A stretch of 64,000 bases of DNA from Candidatus Woesebacteria bacterium GW2011_GWB1_38_8b. Its GTDB lineage: Bacteria > Patescibacteriota > Microgenomatia > UBA8517. The DNA lies in contig LBVN01000008.1 in NCBI GenBank assembly GCA_000993115.1, positions 1,099 to 65,098 of the forward strand, written 5' to 3'. The position numbers and the translations under genes were made by a program. Below, in pieces: positions 1 through 9,753 of the stretch. The notes under the pieces were generated by a model. The model was not told where the DNA came from and ran no database searches. It saw only the letters and a program-made list of their open reading frames with translations. The stretch's first letter is position 1. Each line of letters starts with the position of its first letter.

Positions 1-78
1 AGAAGAGAATTAAATGGTTCGAAGTTAATAGCGAAAAAGACATGAAATCGGTAGAAAAAGAGGTCAAAAGATGGTACG

Positions 79-1071
79 ATGAAAAAGATGACAAGAAAAG
101 TTGAAATTTCTCACAAAACAATTTTATTTACAATCTTTGTTCTTCTGGCGCTTGTATTCTTGTCGAAGATTGCAGACATTATCCTGCAATTTTTTATAGC
201 ACTTCTGGTTACAGCATTTTTAAATCCTTACGTTACAAAGCTTTCAAAATATAAAATTCCCAGAGGTGTTTCGGTACTTCTTTTTTACGTAATAATTCTT
301 GCCATTTTTTCATTTTCTGTATCCGCGGTTGTCCCGCCTTTAGTAGAACAGTCAAGCAGCTTTGTAAATAACATTCCGGGATTTATGCAAAATGTCGGAA
401 TTTCCTCAATTGTCAGCGACAGAATTGTTGAGCAGCTTTTAACCCAATTAGGTTCTGTTCCGGGAGAAATTGCAAAAGCAACAGCGCTGATATTTAGTAA
501 CGTTCTGACTTTGGTTGCTGTATTTGTTCTGTCTTTTTATCTTCTCACCGAAAGGGAAAAATTGGATTCTCAAATTTCTCACATGTTTGGAGAAAGCAAG
601 AAAGATAAGGTAACCAGTGTCGTTAATCATTTGGAAGTAAAGTTGGGTGGTTGGGTTCGGGGACAAATTACTCTAATGCTTGTTGTTGGTACAGCAACTT
701 ATATTGGCTTAACTATTTTAGGAATTCCTTTTGCTCTTCCGCTGGCTATTATTTCGGGACTTTTTGAAGTAATTCCTTATGTTGGTCCGTTTTTGTCGGC
801 AATTCCCGGTGTTGTAATCGGTTTCGGGCTATCTCCCTTGATGGGATTTGCCGCCGCCGCATGTTACTTTTTAGTCCAGCAGCTGGAAAATTATCTTTTT
901 GTCCCGAAAATTATGCAGCACTCGGCGGGAGTTCATCCGATAATTACGCTTCTTGCACTGGCAATTGGATTTAGACTCGACGGGATTGTAGGACTTCTTA
1001 TATCCGTTCCGATTTTTATTACTGTGCGTGTACTTCTTACTGAGCTGGTATTTAAAAAACATCTTGCTTGA
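79..1071 (+). CDS. AI-2E family transporter (PerM/UPF0118-like permease)
   Basis: 330-aa polytopic membrane ORF. The C-terminal half carries the family-typical GLFEVIPYVGPFLSAIPGV segment. Family assigned from memory of the motif. Confidence 0.8.
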   Translation: MKKMTRKVEISHKTILFTIFVLLALVFLSKIADIILQFFIALLVTAFLNPYVTKLSKYKIPRGVSVLLFYVIILAIFSFSVSAVVPPLVEQSSSFVNNIPGFMQNVGISSIVSDRIVEQLLTQLGSVPGEIAKATALIFSNVLTLVAVFVLSFYLLTEREKLDSQISHMFGESKKDKVTSVVNHLEVKLGGWVRGQITLMLVVGTATYIGLTILGIPFALPLAIISGLFEVIPYVGPFLSAIPGVVIGFGLSPLMGFAAAACYFLVQQLENYLFVPKIMQHSAGVHPIITLLALAIGFRLDGIVGLLISVPIFITVRVLLTELVFKKHLA

Positions 1072-1095
1072 TTTTGGCTTCAATTGGACTTAACG

Positions 1096-1104
1096 TGATA
1101 TAAT
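1096..1104 (+). promoter_or_regulatory. extended -10 promoter element TGATATAAT upstream of rnpB
   Basis: TGnTATAAT match ends about 5 nt before the first P1 nucleotide of the RNase P RNA. No good -35 is visible. Confidence 0.4.
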
Positions 1105-1107
1105 ATA

Positions 1108-1492
1108 GGTCTCTGGAGGAAGGATAACCGCTATGTTCTTTTTGAATATAGAGGAAAGTCCAGGCAGCAGAAAGCAGGGTGCGCGGCGTAAGCCGTGACG
1201 GGTAACCGCTAGTTAGAGCAACAGAGACGAGTTTTCATAAATCCCTAAAGGATTTTGAAAAGTGAAACGCTCAGAAATGAGCCTCTGAACTTTAGTCGAA
1301 GAGGGTTATAACCCTCCGAAGCTTTAGCGAAGGGGGGCAATCCTCCCCGCTGCAACCTCCGAATTAAGCGTCAAACAGGTAGCTTTCCCAAACCTGTAGA
1401 ATATTTATATTCTACCGGTACGCTTTAAAGTTTGAGGGCATAGACAGATGGTTATGTAATAACAGAACCTGGCTTACTCGCCTCCAGAGATT
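1108..1492 (+). ncRNA. rnpB: RNase P RNA, bacterial type A
   Basis: Universal GAGGAAAGTCCAGGC at 1151-1165, followed by AGGGTGC...GTAAGCC...CAACAGAGA. ACAGAACCTGGCTTA at 1462-1476. A 10-bp P1 helix pairs 1110-1119 (TCTCTGGAGG) with 1481-1490 (CCTCCAGAGA), and a T7 run follows directly. Confidence 0.9.
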
Positions 1493-1537
1493 TTTTTAAA
1501 AATTTTGCGAGCTAAGGTTTCCTTACTCGCCTCCAGA
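1473..1537 (+). repeat. 16-nt perfect direct repeat CTTACTCGCCTCCAGA (1473-1488 and 1522-1537), duplicating the 3' P1 strand of rnpB
   Basis: Both copies were read directly from the sequence and start 49 nt apart. The second lies downstream of the T-run that follows rnpB. Confidence 0.85.
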
Positions 1538-1689
1538 TAAATTTTCTTCTATCACTTCTATATTTAAATTACTTATATAATTGAATATACTATAATGAGT
1601 TAGCTGTCTATAAAGTTGTTGCAAAATGGCTTTATATAACTCGCAGAAGGCTCAAACGAGTCTGAAAGACGAGTTGGATATGGAGTTTT

Positions 1690-3381
1690 ATGAATTTACC
1701 TGCCGATGTACTAAAAAAGATTATTGTTGCTTCGGGGTTTGTATCCGAGAAAGACTTCGATGAAGCTGCAAAGGCTGCGGCCGAGCTTGATAAAAGTATT
1801 TTGGATGTTTTGATTTTCCGGGGGCATATTAACGAAGAGACCGCCGGGAAGCTGATTGCTGATTATTACCAGGTTCCCCACGCTAACCTTAAAAGGGTAA
1901 CTATTCCAACCGAAATACTACAGCTTATCCCCGAAAAAATTGCACGTACTTATAGAGTTATTGCATTTGCAAAAAAGGACGACAAAATTTGTGTTGCAAT
2001 GGAAAACCCGGAGGACTTCGAAGGTCTGGAGTTTGTAAAAAGACAGACCGGTGCAAAAATTGAAATTTATTATGCCAGCCGTGAAGAAGTCAATAAGATT
2101 TTGGGGGATTATAAAAAGGGAATTAAGGAAGATTTTGAAAAAATTATCTCCGAAAACATAAAAAAAGCCGATGCAAAAGATTCAGAAGAGGATTTAGCGA
2201 AAGCTGCCGAAAAAGTTCCAATTGTAAAAATATTGGATACAATTTTGTCCTACGCAATGACGGAGCGTGCATCAGATGTTCATATCGAGACCATGCAGGA
2301 TGAAGTTGTCGTGCGCTATAGAATTGACGGAATGCTTCGGGATATTGTTAAGTTTGATCGGGGAATTGAAAACGCGTTAGTTGCGAGAATAAAAATTCTG
2401 TCAAATCTTAAAATTGACGAGCACAGGATTCCCCAGGATGGACGGCATAAATTCAGTGTTGAAGGGGACATGGTGTCACTTCGTATTTCAATTATCCCAG
2501 GATTTTATGGTGAGAATGTTGTTATGAGACTTCTTCGCGAATCTGCACGACCGGCGAGCCTTGAGGAGTTGGGATTAGCAGGCAGAAATTTGGATGTTAT
2601 CCGCGAAAATATTACCAAGCCTCACGGTATGATTCTTGTTACAGGACCAACCGGTTCGGGTAAAACTACTACTCTTTATTCAATTTTAAATATTGTAAAT
2701 ACTATTGAAGTAAAAATTTGCACGATTGAAGACCCGATTGAGTACGGAATGCATCGGGCCAATCAGATTCAGGTAAATCCAAAAACAGGCCTGGATTTTG
2801 CGGCCGGGTTACGGGCACTTCTTCGTCATGACCCCGACATTATTATGGTTGGTGAGATCCGCGATAAAGAAACTGCCGAAATTGCAATTAACTCGGCACT
2901 TACCGGACATTTGGTTTTATCAACACTTCATACAAATACCGCGGCAGGTGCTTTCCCGCGCTTTATAGATATGGGTGCGGAGGGGTTTTTACTGGCATCA
3001 ACCGTAAATGTTGTTATGGCACAAAGATTGGTTCGAAAAATCTGTACAAACTGCACTGTAAAATATGAACCCGAAAAGAGCCAAATATTGCAGTTGGAAA
3101 AAGATTTGGGAGTTGATCTCAGTAAACAAAAATTTTACAAAGGCAAAGGTTGTGAAAAGTGTGGCACAAAAGGATATCAGGGTAGAATCGGAATTTATGA
3201 AGTAATAAATGTCTCTCAAAAAATACGCGATTTGATTGTTAAAAAATCCTCAAGCGACGAAATTCAAAAGGCTGCAGAAAGTGAGGGAATGATAAGCATG
3301 CTTCAGGATGGTTTGGACAAAATCGCATCAGGTTTGACCACCATCGAGGAAGTAATGAGAGTTATTCGGGAAAATAGATAA
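1690..3381 (+). CDS. pilB: type IV pilus assembly ATPase PilB (GspE family)
   Basis: 563 aa. N-terminal T2SSE_N-like domain, Walker A GPTGSGKTT, MVGEIRD Walker B region, and a tetracysteine CTNC...CEKC motif. GGAG sits 6 nt upstream of the ATG. Confidence 0.92.
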   Translation: MNLPADVLKKIIVASGFVSEKDFDEAAKAAAELDKSILDVLIFRGHINEETAGKLIADYYQVPHANLKRVTIPTEILQLIPEKIARTYRVIAFAKKDDKICVAMENPEDFEGLEFVKRQTGAKIEIYYASREEVNKILGDYKKGIKEDFEKIISENIKKADAKDSEEDLAKAAEKVPIVKILDTILSYAMTERASDVHIETMQDEVVVRYRIDGMLRDIVKFDRGIENALVARIKILSNLKIDEHRIPQDGRHKFSVEGDMVSLRISIIPGFYGENVVMRLLRESARPASLEELGLAGRNLDVIRENITKPHGMILVTGPTGSGKTTTLYSILNIVNTIEVKICTIEDPIEYGMHRANQIQVNPKTGLDFAAGLRALLRHDPDIIMVGEIRDKETAEIAINSALTGHLVLSTLHTNTAAGAFPRFIDMGAEGFLLASTVNVVMAQRLVRKICTNCTVKYEPEKSQILQLEKDLGVDLSKQKFYKGKGCEKCGTKGYQGRIGIYEVINVSQKIRDLIVKKSSSDEIQKAAESEGMISMLQDGLDKIASGLTTIEEVMRVIRENR

Positions 3382-4589
3382 TGCCTATATATAAATACAA
3401 AGTAAAAAACAAGAAAGGGGAAATTCAGGAAGATGTAATGCAGGCTTCTGACAAAAAAGAGGCTGCGTCACTTCTTCGTGCCGAGGATCAGGAAATTATA
3501 AGTATTAAAAGTTTCGAAAAGAAGTTCGAGATTGGTGGAGGAGGCGTATCTGTTTCGGATAAAGCCGGACTTTGCAGGTTTTTGGCGACAATGCTTCGTG
3601 CAGGGCTACCTCTTCCTGAAGCTATAGATATTATCCGCGAGGAAACCCAAAACAAAAAGCTCAAACAAATTCTTTTTGATACGGCTTTTCATATCCGAAA
3701 AGGTCAGAATCTATTCTCAGTTTTTTCAAAATACAAAAACGATTTTGACTCAGTATTTCTTACCATGGTAAAAGCCGGTGAGGAGTCTGGAACTTTGGAG
3801 AAAACTTTTGATTATTTGGCAAAACAGCTTCTCGCCACATATGAGCTTACTCAAAAAGTAAAAAGCTCGATGATGTATCCGGCAGTAATTTTGGCAGCGA
3901 TGCTTGCAAATGGATTTATCATGCTTGGATTTGTGCTTCCGAAAATGAGCGAGGTGTTTTTGTCGATGGATGTAAAAATGCCCCTTGCAACCAGATTTCT
4001 TTTGTCATTTGGGAAAACCGTTGGTCAAAACTTGGCTTTAACAATGGCTTTGGTGTTTTTTGCGATTTTTGTTGTAGTCATACTATTCGTAATTCGTAAA
4101 ACCAGAACTATAATTTTTTCATTTTTTACAAGACTTCCGGTTGTGAAAAAAGTAATGGAGCAGCTTGACACTGCGCGTTTTGCAAGGACTTTATCAACTC
4201 TTTTAAAAAGCGGAGTTCCGATTATGGTCGCATTGGATGTCTCAAGTGATGTAGTCAGACAACCTTACTTACGGAAAGAATCAAAAGAATTCAGCCGTGG
4301 GGTTGCCAAAGGAGAATCTTTATCGGACATATTGGGAAGCTCAAAACATTCTTTTCCTGTAACAATGATTCAGACAATTAAAGCAGGAGAAAAAACCGGA
4401 AGTTTGGAAATAGTTCTTGAAGAATTGGCAAGTTTTTATGAAATGGAAGTCGATTATGGATTGAAGCGGGCAACTGCACTACTGGAACCCTTAATGATGT
4501 TGGTAATTGGACTTGTTGTCGGCGTAATGGTTGTACTTCTTATTACTCCGATTTACAGTATAGTGGGTGGAATGGAAGGTAGCTTCTAA
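3381..4589 (+). CDS. pilC: type IV pilus platform protein PilC (GspF family)
   Basis: 402 aa with two T2SSF-type repeats and 3 TM segments. The start overlaps the pilB stop by 1 nt. Confidence 0.9.
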   Translation: MPIYKYKVKNKKGEIQEDVMQASDKKEAASLLRAEDQEIISIKSFEKKFEIGGGGVSVSDKAGLCRFLATMLRAGLPLPEAIDIIREETQNKKLKQILFDTAFHIRKGQNLFSVFSKYKNDFDSVFLTMVKAGEESGTLEKTFDYLAKQLLATYELTQKVKSSMMYPAVILAAMLANGFIMLGFVLPKMSEVFLSMDVKMPLATRFLLSFGKTVGQNLALTMALVFFAIFVVVILFVIRKTRTIIFSFFTRLPVVKKVMEQLDTARFARTLSTLLKSGVPIMVALDVSSDVVRQPYLRKESKEFSRGVAKGESLSDILGSSKHSFPVTMIQTIKAGEKTGSLEIVLEELASFYEMEVDYGLKRATALLEPLMMLVIGLVVGVMVVLLITPIYSIVGGMEGSF

Positions 4590-4615
4590 TTTGGACTATA
4601 CTTAAATTAAAGAAT

Positions 4616-4912
4616 ATGCAAAGAAACTTTTTAATACTGCTGATTGTGTCTATTTTTATATTGGCTATTGGTTCATTCATTCTGGTTAGTAATAAATCCG
4701 AAGTTAAAAAAGAAGCGGTAACCGAATCGATTGAAAATGTTCCTGATGGGGGTGAGGATATAAGCAATTACTTCAATGTTTCCGGTGATAACAAAGAGAG
4801 TGTAGAGCCAGTTTTGACTCCATTTTCTTCAGCGATTTCTAAATGTAGAATTAAAAGCCTGGAGGTTGATGCCGGAACCGTCATTGATGACTCAACCTGT
4901 GTTGTAAATTGA
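4616..4912 (+). CDS. hypothetical membrane-anchored protein
   Basis: 98-aa ORF with an N-terminal TM helix (FLILLIVSIFILAIGSFILV). It is the last gene of the pilBC unit. No family recognised. Confidence 0.45.
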   Translation: MQRNFLILLIVSIFILAIGSFILVSNKSEVKKEAVTESIENVPDGGEDISNYFNVSGDNKESVEPVLTPFSSAISKCRIKSLEVDAGTVIDDSTCVVN

Positions 4913-4913
4913 A

Positions 4914-6317
4914 TCACTCTTCTTTCCAAGAAATAAATTCATACTCTCCAGAAGTTGGGAAATACGGAGGCGGGGCATAAAGCAGATGAGTGTCATAATT
5001 AATTGTTCTATTTGTAAAACCTGAAACTAGATTGTTGCCGTTATAAAAATTCCAATAAGACTTGTAGTAATTTATGAGTCCACCGTTTATCGTTAGGCTG
5101 TTTCTAATGGAATTTGTATCACTGTGAGTACAGCTGTCATAATATCCATGTCGGATAATTTTTCCTTTTTGTGCCATGAGTATTCCGTCAACTCTAAAAT
5201 CAGTCGGAACATCACGAACGAAAAAGATGTTGTTTTGAGACACTAACCCCAAGACGTCGCTGCCGTCATATGCTGTGTAATTAATATTTCCCCTGACCCA
5301 TATATCAACATTACTTGACTGTGTAGGAAATGTTGCCGAAACAACAGTAACTCTCCCCCGGACTGTTCCTTCAACCCACAGGCTATCTTCAGCAAAAATA
5401 ATCGGCGTGTCGGATATATTATAAGTCCCTATTAAAACTTCACTTGTAATTAGCTGATATAACCTTCTACATCCACCATTACCTTCTGCACCTAATCCTT
5501 CACCCGGAGTGCTATACCCTCTAATGTCATTGGTTCCGGTTACCCTTCTTATTTGTACTGTGCCATTATCCAAAAATGTCAAATGATATCCGCTTGCTCC
5601 GGAATCTCCCAGATGTAGCCCATCAGTGTCTGCGCTGTCGCTCATGTTGGTAAGGTCTACGGATATTGAATCAAAATCAATTGCCGGGACAGGGAACTGC
5701 CAAAGTCCCTGATCGCCTCCAGCCCCCCAAACTCCAGGTTTTCTTGTCGGCGGACTGCAACCGGTTTCTGACCCGCACATATACTCATCCATAGCTGATG
5801 TTACAAGCGAAGTGTTTGTACCATCCATTCTTATTCCGTTGTTGGAATGAATTAAACCGTTGACTGTAATTCCGGCTCCGTACCAGGAGCTCGCGTTCGA
5901 TAAAAAGGTATATCTCGCAAAAGAGGGTATCCCGTATTGGACAGTAACTTTTCTTTTGACTTTGGGATATTGATATGACCATCCGGTTGAGCTTATTGTA
6001 ACTATTGACGAACCAAGGCTCGGTGCGGTAATTTCCAAACTATATTTACCCATAGGTTTACCCTGAGGATCTGAATATTCATGCTCATAAAGACCAACTG
6101 CTCCTGTCCCATCCATAAAATCGCCAGGGTCGTGTGCTAGATGCCAGCGGTAATAATTGACTCCTGCCTCGGCAATGTTAAGCGCTGACTCGGATCCTAC
6201 TTGACGGTTTGAATAATTCAGCTGAAGTGAAAGTAAATATAAAAGGCCATAAATTACAATCAAAAATGATCCTGTTATAACCAAAAGCGCCGGGGTGATT
6301 GTTCCTCTGTTTTTCAT
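4914..6317 (-). CDS. large pilus-associated protein with PilX-N-like N-terminus
   Basis: Likely start is the ATG at 6317 (MKNRGTITPALLVITGSFLIVIYGLLYLL...NIAEAGVNYY), 1 nt after the upstream gene's stop. The hydrophobic N-terminal helix resembles the PilX N-terminal domain. The remaining ~430 aa are Gly/Thr/Asn-rich and look beta-rich. Confidence 0.6.
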   Translation of the reverse strand: MKNRGTITPALLVITGSFLIVIYGLLYLLSLQLNYSNRQVGSESALNIAEAGVNYYRWHLAHDPGDFMDGTGAVGLYEHEYSDPQGKPMGKYSLEITAPSLGSSIVTISSTGWSYQYPKVKRKVTVQYGIPSFARYTFLSNASSWYGAGITVNGLIHSNNGIRMDGTNTSLVTSAMDEYMCGSETGCSPPTRKPGVWGAGGDQGLWQFPVPAIDFDSISVDLTNMSDSADTDGLHLGDSGASGYHLTFLDNGTVQIRRVTGTNDIRGYSTPGEGLGAEGNGGCRRLYQLITSEVLIGTYNISDTPIIFAEDSLWVEGTVRGRVTVVSATFPTQSSNVDIWVRGNINYTAYDGSDVLGLVSQNNIFFVRDVPTDFRVDGILMAQKGKIIRHGYYDSCTHSDTNSIRNSLTINGGLINYYKSYWNFYNGNNLVSGFTNRTINYDTHLLYAPPPYFPTSGEYEFISWKEE

Positions 6318-6318
6318 T

Positions 6319-6924
6319 TTACAAGTTGTCTTTAAGCGTTCTGATTTGAACGTATGATTCAAGTATATACGGATTTGAATTATCTTCGCTGATTTTTAAG
6401 TATACCTTCATTAGTTTTGTTTCCGAAAGTCTTGTCGGAGATGGCAGGGGATTATTTATCGTGTCATCCGGCCAATCACCATTGTAATAATAAAAAATCG
6501 GGTCCGTGTCGTTTCTGACTTTTTCGGCAATCGTTTTTACTTTTTCATTAGCCTGAGGGTATGTGGCAGGATATCCTACGGGATTTATTATCCCTTTAAC
6601 AAAAGATGTTCCGGATAAAGTATATCTGACACGGTCCGTATCACCGTCATAATCAACGTCCGAATAAAAAATCATTTCCTGATCCTGTGCCCGCTCAAGA
6701 GGATATGCGGCATTGTCGGCAGGCCTTATATTTCTAATTTCGCGAACCATTATTGAAATTCCCCGATTAGCTTCGTCAACATCTAAATAAGAGCCAAATG
6801 AAGTGAGTGCTGCATTATTCATTATCCTTTGTAATCCGATTAATCCAAGCGAAAAAATACCAGTAATCGCAATAGTTACTATAAGCTCAATTAAAGTAAA
6901 GCCGGATTTATTATATTTTTTCAT
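6319..6924 (-). CDS. prepilin-type N-terminal cleavage/methylation domain protein (minor pilin, PilW-like)
   Basis: The N-terminus MKKYNKSG/FTLIELIVTIAITGIF is a canonical class III signal with Glu+5. 201 aa. Confidence 0.8.
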   Translation of the reverse strand: MKKYNKSGFTLIELIVTIAITGIFSLGLIGLQRIMNNAALTSFGSYLDVDEANRGISIMVREIRNIRPADNAAYPLERAQDQEMIFYSDVDYDGDTDRVRYTLSGTSFVKGIINPVGYPATYPQANEKVKTIAEKVRNDTDPIFYYYNGDWPDDTINNPLPSPTRLSETKLMKVYLKISEDNSNPYILESYVQIRTLKDNL

Positions 6925-6928
6925 AATT

Positions 6929-8266
6929 TTATTTTGGCGTTAGTATAACTTTTTCGGTATCTTCACCAATAACAGGGACGCTTCCTGAAAAATCAAGATA
7001 GGCGGAATGAGTTGCGGTCAAACTATATAAATCCGCGTCCAGCCCCTCGAAAAATATTTGTCCGTAATCGGGATCTGTAATAACTCCGCTGGTATTAGAA
7101 GATGAATATGCGCCTTTACTTAATGTCGCTGATACTGTTGCAATAGGATTGTCCTGCTGATCAACAAAAGAAAGTAAAAGTGAATTTGTTGATTTTGAGA
7201 CTAATGAAATTGCGAAAGCAACAGAATCTTCCGGTTGAACCACAACAGGTTGGATTGGTTGCGTCCCTGAAACATCATAAGATGAGGACGGATTTGGCGT
7301 GAAATAGTAGCTGTCCCATTCCACGTCGTTAAGAGTTAAAAATCCGTTAGACTCGGTTGTTAAAATCTCATCATATTTGTAAACAGGTTGGGCAGAAGAA
7401 TCTGTTCCAATAGTTTTTTCTCCGCGAAGCCTAAACGACAAGTTCCCTAAATTTGAAAACCCATCATCACGTCCGTTTGTTGTTCGTAGATCAATTGTTG
7501 ATGTATGGTCAATAAGAAAACTTATCTCGGTAAGTTGCCCTTGTATTATGGTTTGGTGGGGTTTTGTAGGATTCGCAACTTCAGTGGTTGAATAGGTTCT
7601 CTCTGTGCTTTGCCCGCTTTTTGACACTGTAATTTGATAGCAGGAAACACATGCGGGAACTCCGGTATAAATAAACCTCCCATTGATGGCGGTTTGAAAG
7701 GTAACATCAATATTGGGTACAACAGTATTTTGAACTATGTGTAGACTTGCTCCCGGTACAGGATTCCCATTTGCATCAAAAACAATAATAGAGAGTGTTC
7801 CGCCACCTTCTGTGGTCTCAATTCCTTTTGGTGAAACATCGGTTAGAAGTACAATCGGATTTTCGTTTGAACTTTCGAGTCCTTCCCATGAAATACTTAC
7901 CCGAATACGTTTATAATCTGTTTCTAAAGTGTCAGCAGGAACACTCCCTTGGATACCATCAAAGGGGTCATCGACATAAACTATTGAGAGTGACACTGTA
8001 AATTTTAAACCGTTTCTTAAGACATCTTCGGATTGTGGCAGTGTTCCATTAGGAGCTCCACCTACAGTTCCAATATTGTCATAGGGCAGATTTCGAATAA
8101 ATTCGATTTTTTCCTGGGCCAAATGCCTTGCCGTTATTCGGGCTCTGTTGTAGGAAACAAAACGGTAAGATGTGGCAGCAATTGTGAGTACAGCCTGGGC
8201 TAAGATGGAAAAGATTGCGAGTGCAACCAAAATCCCAATCAGCGATTGTCCGGAAAGTTTTTTCAT
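6929..8266 (-). CDS. PilV-like minor pilin with carboxypeptidase-regulatory-like/Ig-like beta domains
   Basis: Probable start is M13 of the ORF (ATG at 8266): MKKLSGQSLIGILVALAIFSILAQAV, a pilin-like hydrophobic helix without Glu+5. An internal segment (GGGTLSIIVFDANGNPVPGASLHIV...ITVSKSGQ) resembles CarboxypepD_reg-type beta-sandwiches. Confidence 0.6.
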   Translation of the reverse strand: MKKLSGQSLIGILVALAIFSILAQAVLTIAATSYRFVSYNRARITARHLAQEKIEFIRNLPYDNIGTVGGAPNGTLPQSEDVLRNGLKFTVSLSIVYVDDPFDGIQGSVPADTLETDYKRIRVSISWEGLESSNENPIVLLTDVSPKGIETTEGGGTLSIIVFDANGNPVPGASLHIVQNTVVPNIDVTFQTAINGRFIYTGVPACVSCYQITVSKSGQSTERTYSTTEVANPTKPHQTIIQGQLTEISFLIDHTSTIDLRTTNGRDDGFSNLGNLSFRLRGEKTIGTDSSAQPVYKYDEILTTESNGFLTLNDVEWDSYYFTPNPSSSYDVSGTQPIQPVVVQPEDSVAFAISLVSKSTNSLLLSFVDQQDNPIATVSATLSKGAYSSSNTSGVITDPDYGQIFFEGLDADLYSLTATHSAYLDFSGSVPVIGEDTEKVILTPK

Positions 8267-8337
8267 GGGCAGTAAATAGTCTTTAAATAAGTATAACATC
8301 ATGGCATAATGAGAGAGGTAATCATTTAGAAGTTTTC

Positions 8338-9753
8338 TTGCCCATGTTTAACAAATCTTTTATATCAGTCTATTTTTCGGAAAAGCAAATTCTTATTGCA
8401 CAACTAAACCCGGGGAGAAAATCTGTAAAAAAATATGCTGCGGCAAGTCTCCCAGATGGACTTATTAAAAATTATAAAGTTACAAATCCTAAACTCTTGG
8501 CCGAAATCTTGAGTCAGATTTGGTCAAAGCTAAAACTTCATCAGAAGTCTGTCTCAATTGTTATTCCCGAGTATGCAGCGTTTATAAAAATATTTACACT
8601 TTCAAACATTGGTGTTTCAGAAATTCACGAGGCAATTAAGTGGCAGTTGACGGAAGTTCTGCCTTATACACCTGAGGAGGCTATAACTGATTGGAAAATT
8701 TTGAAAAGAGTTGAAAAAGAGTATATTGTTCTCTCGGTTTCTATCGAGAAAAGTACGCTGGAAACATATTTGAAATCATTTGAAACCGCGGGACTATTCC
8801 CGGTAATAGTGGAGATCCCTTCAGCAACACTCACTAGGGTTTTAAAAAACGACGAAAGCATTGTTTTTATTCATATAGGTGAGATGGAAACTATGATTTT
8901 ACTTCTGTTTGCAGGGAGGCTGGCCGGTAGTTCTATGGTAAATGGTAAAAGCGAAGAAGAGATAATTCAAACCACGGGCAGAATTCTGGCTCATTATAAA
9001 GATGTTAAGCCGACAAAAATTGTAATTTCAGGTGAAGGATTAAGCGGAGATAGGCTTACACAAAAGTTTAATTTGCCTGTCGAAAACTTAAAAATGTCAT
9101 GGGGTAATTTACCTCCCGCCGATACAGCAAAATTTTTGATTCCTATTTCATCGCAAATTCAGGACCCTAGTGTTCCAACTGACCCGTTCAGTTTAAATTT
9201 GGTTCCGAATGAACTGATTAAAAAATATAAATCAGCAAAAATGAGGTTGCAGGTATGGAGTATGACCTTGGCAATAACTTTATTTGTCTCGATAACTTTT
9301 TTATCTACACTCGCAAGCTTTTTTTATCTTAATTTGGCTTCAAACGAATTGAGCGTAAAAGCAGATTCTTTAAGTGCGAACTCCAGTGGGTCTATGGAAT
9401 ATTCGAGACAAGCGAAAGAAATAAACAACTTATCCAAAAAGGTTTTAGACATTAAAGCAAAAACTTTCTCTTCTACGCAAATATTGAATTTGATAAATTC
9501 AGCAAAACCGGATGGAGTAACAATTAACAGTTTCAAAGTCGATTTGGAACAGGGTACAGTTGCGATTGTTGGGCTGTCAACGGATCGTCAGCAGCTGGTA
9601 ACATTTAGAGATAACCTTGAAAAAGTAGATACTTTTGATAGTCCTGAGATTCCGATTTCCAGTTACGAAAAGGAAAAAGATTTGGATTTTGAGATTTTTG
9701 TAAAATACACAGCTGCGGTTCCTGCTAAGAAGGAGGTAAAAAATGTCAAGTAA
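8338..9753 (+). CDS. PilM-PilN fusion (actin-like pilus assembly ATPase fold fused to a TM + PilN-like domain)
   Basis: 471 aa. The N-terminal ~300 aa follow the PilM pattern. Then come FSLNLVPNELIKKYK (a PilN-like NLLP motif), one TM (VWSMTLAITLFVSITFLSTLASFFYL) and a ~130-aa external domain. Position 8338 is TTG, and the ATG at 8344 is an alternative start. Confidence 0.7.
   Translation: MPMFNKSFISVYFSEKQILIAQLNPGRKSVKKYAAASLPDGLIKNYKVTNPKLLAEILSQIWSKLKLHQKSVSIVIPEYAAFIKIFTLSNIGVSEIHEAIKWQLTEVLPYTPEEAITDWKILKRVEKEYIVLSVSIEKSTLETYLKSFETAGLFPVIVEIPSATLTRVLKNDESIVFIHIGEMETMILLLFAGRLAGSSMVNGKSEEEIIQTTGRILAHYKDVKPTKIVISGEGLSGDRLTQKFNLPVENLKMSWGNLPPADTAKFLIPISSQIQDPSVPTDPFSLNLVPNELIKKYKSAKMRLQVWSMTLAITLFVSITFLSTLASFFYLNLASNELSVKADSLSANSSGSMEYSRQAKEINNLSKKVLDIKAKTFSSTQILNLINSAKPDGVTINSFKVDLEQGTVAIVGLSTDRQQLVTFRDNLEKVDTFDSPEIPISSYEKEKDLDFEIFVKYTAAVPAKKEVKNVK

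Noticed and set aside
1-45. 3' end of an upstream gene at the window edge
   Set aside because: Only about 14 codons before a TGA are visible, which is too little to support a call.
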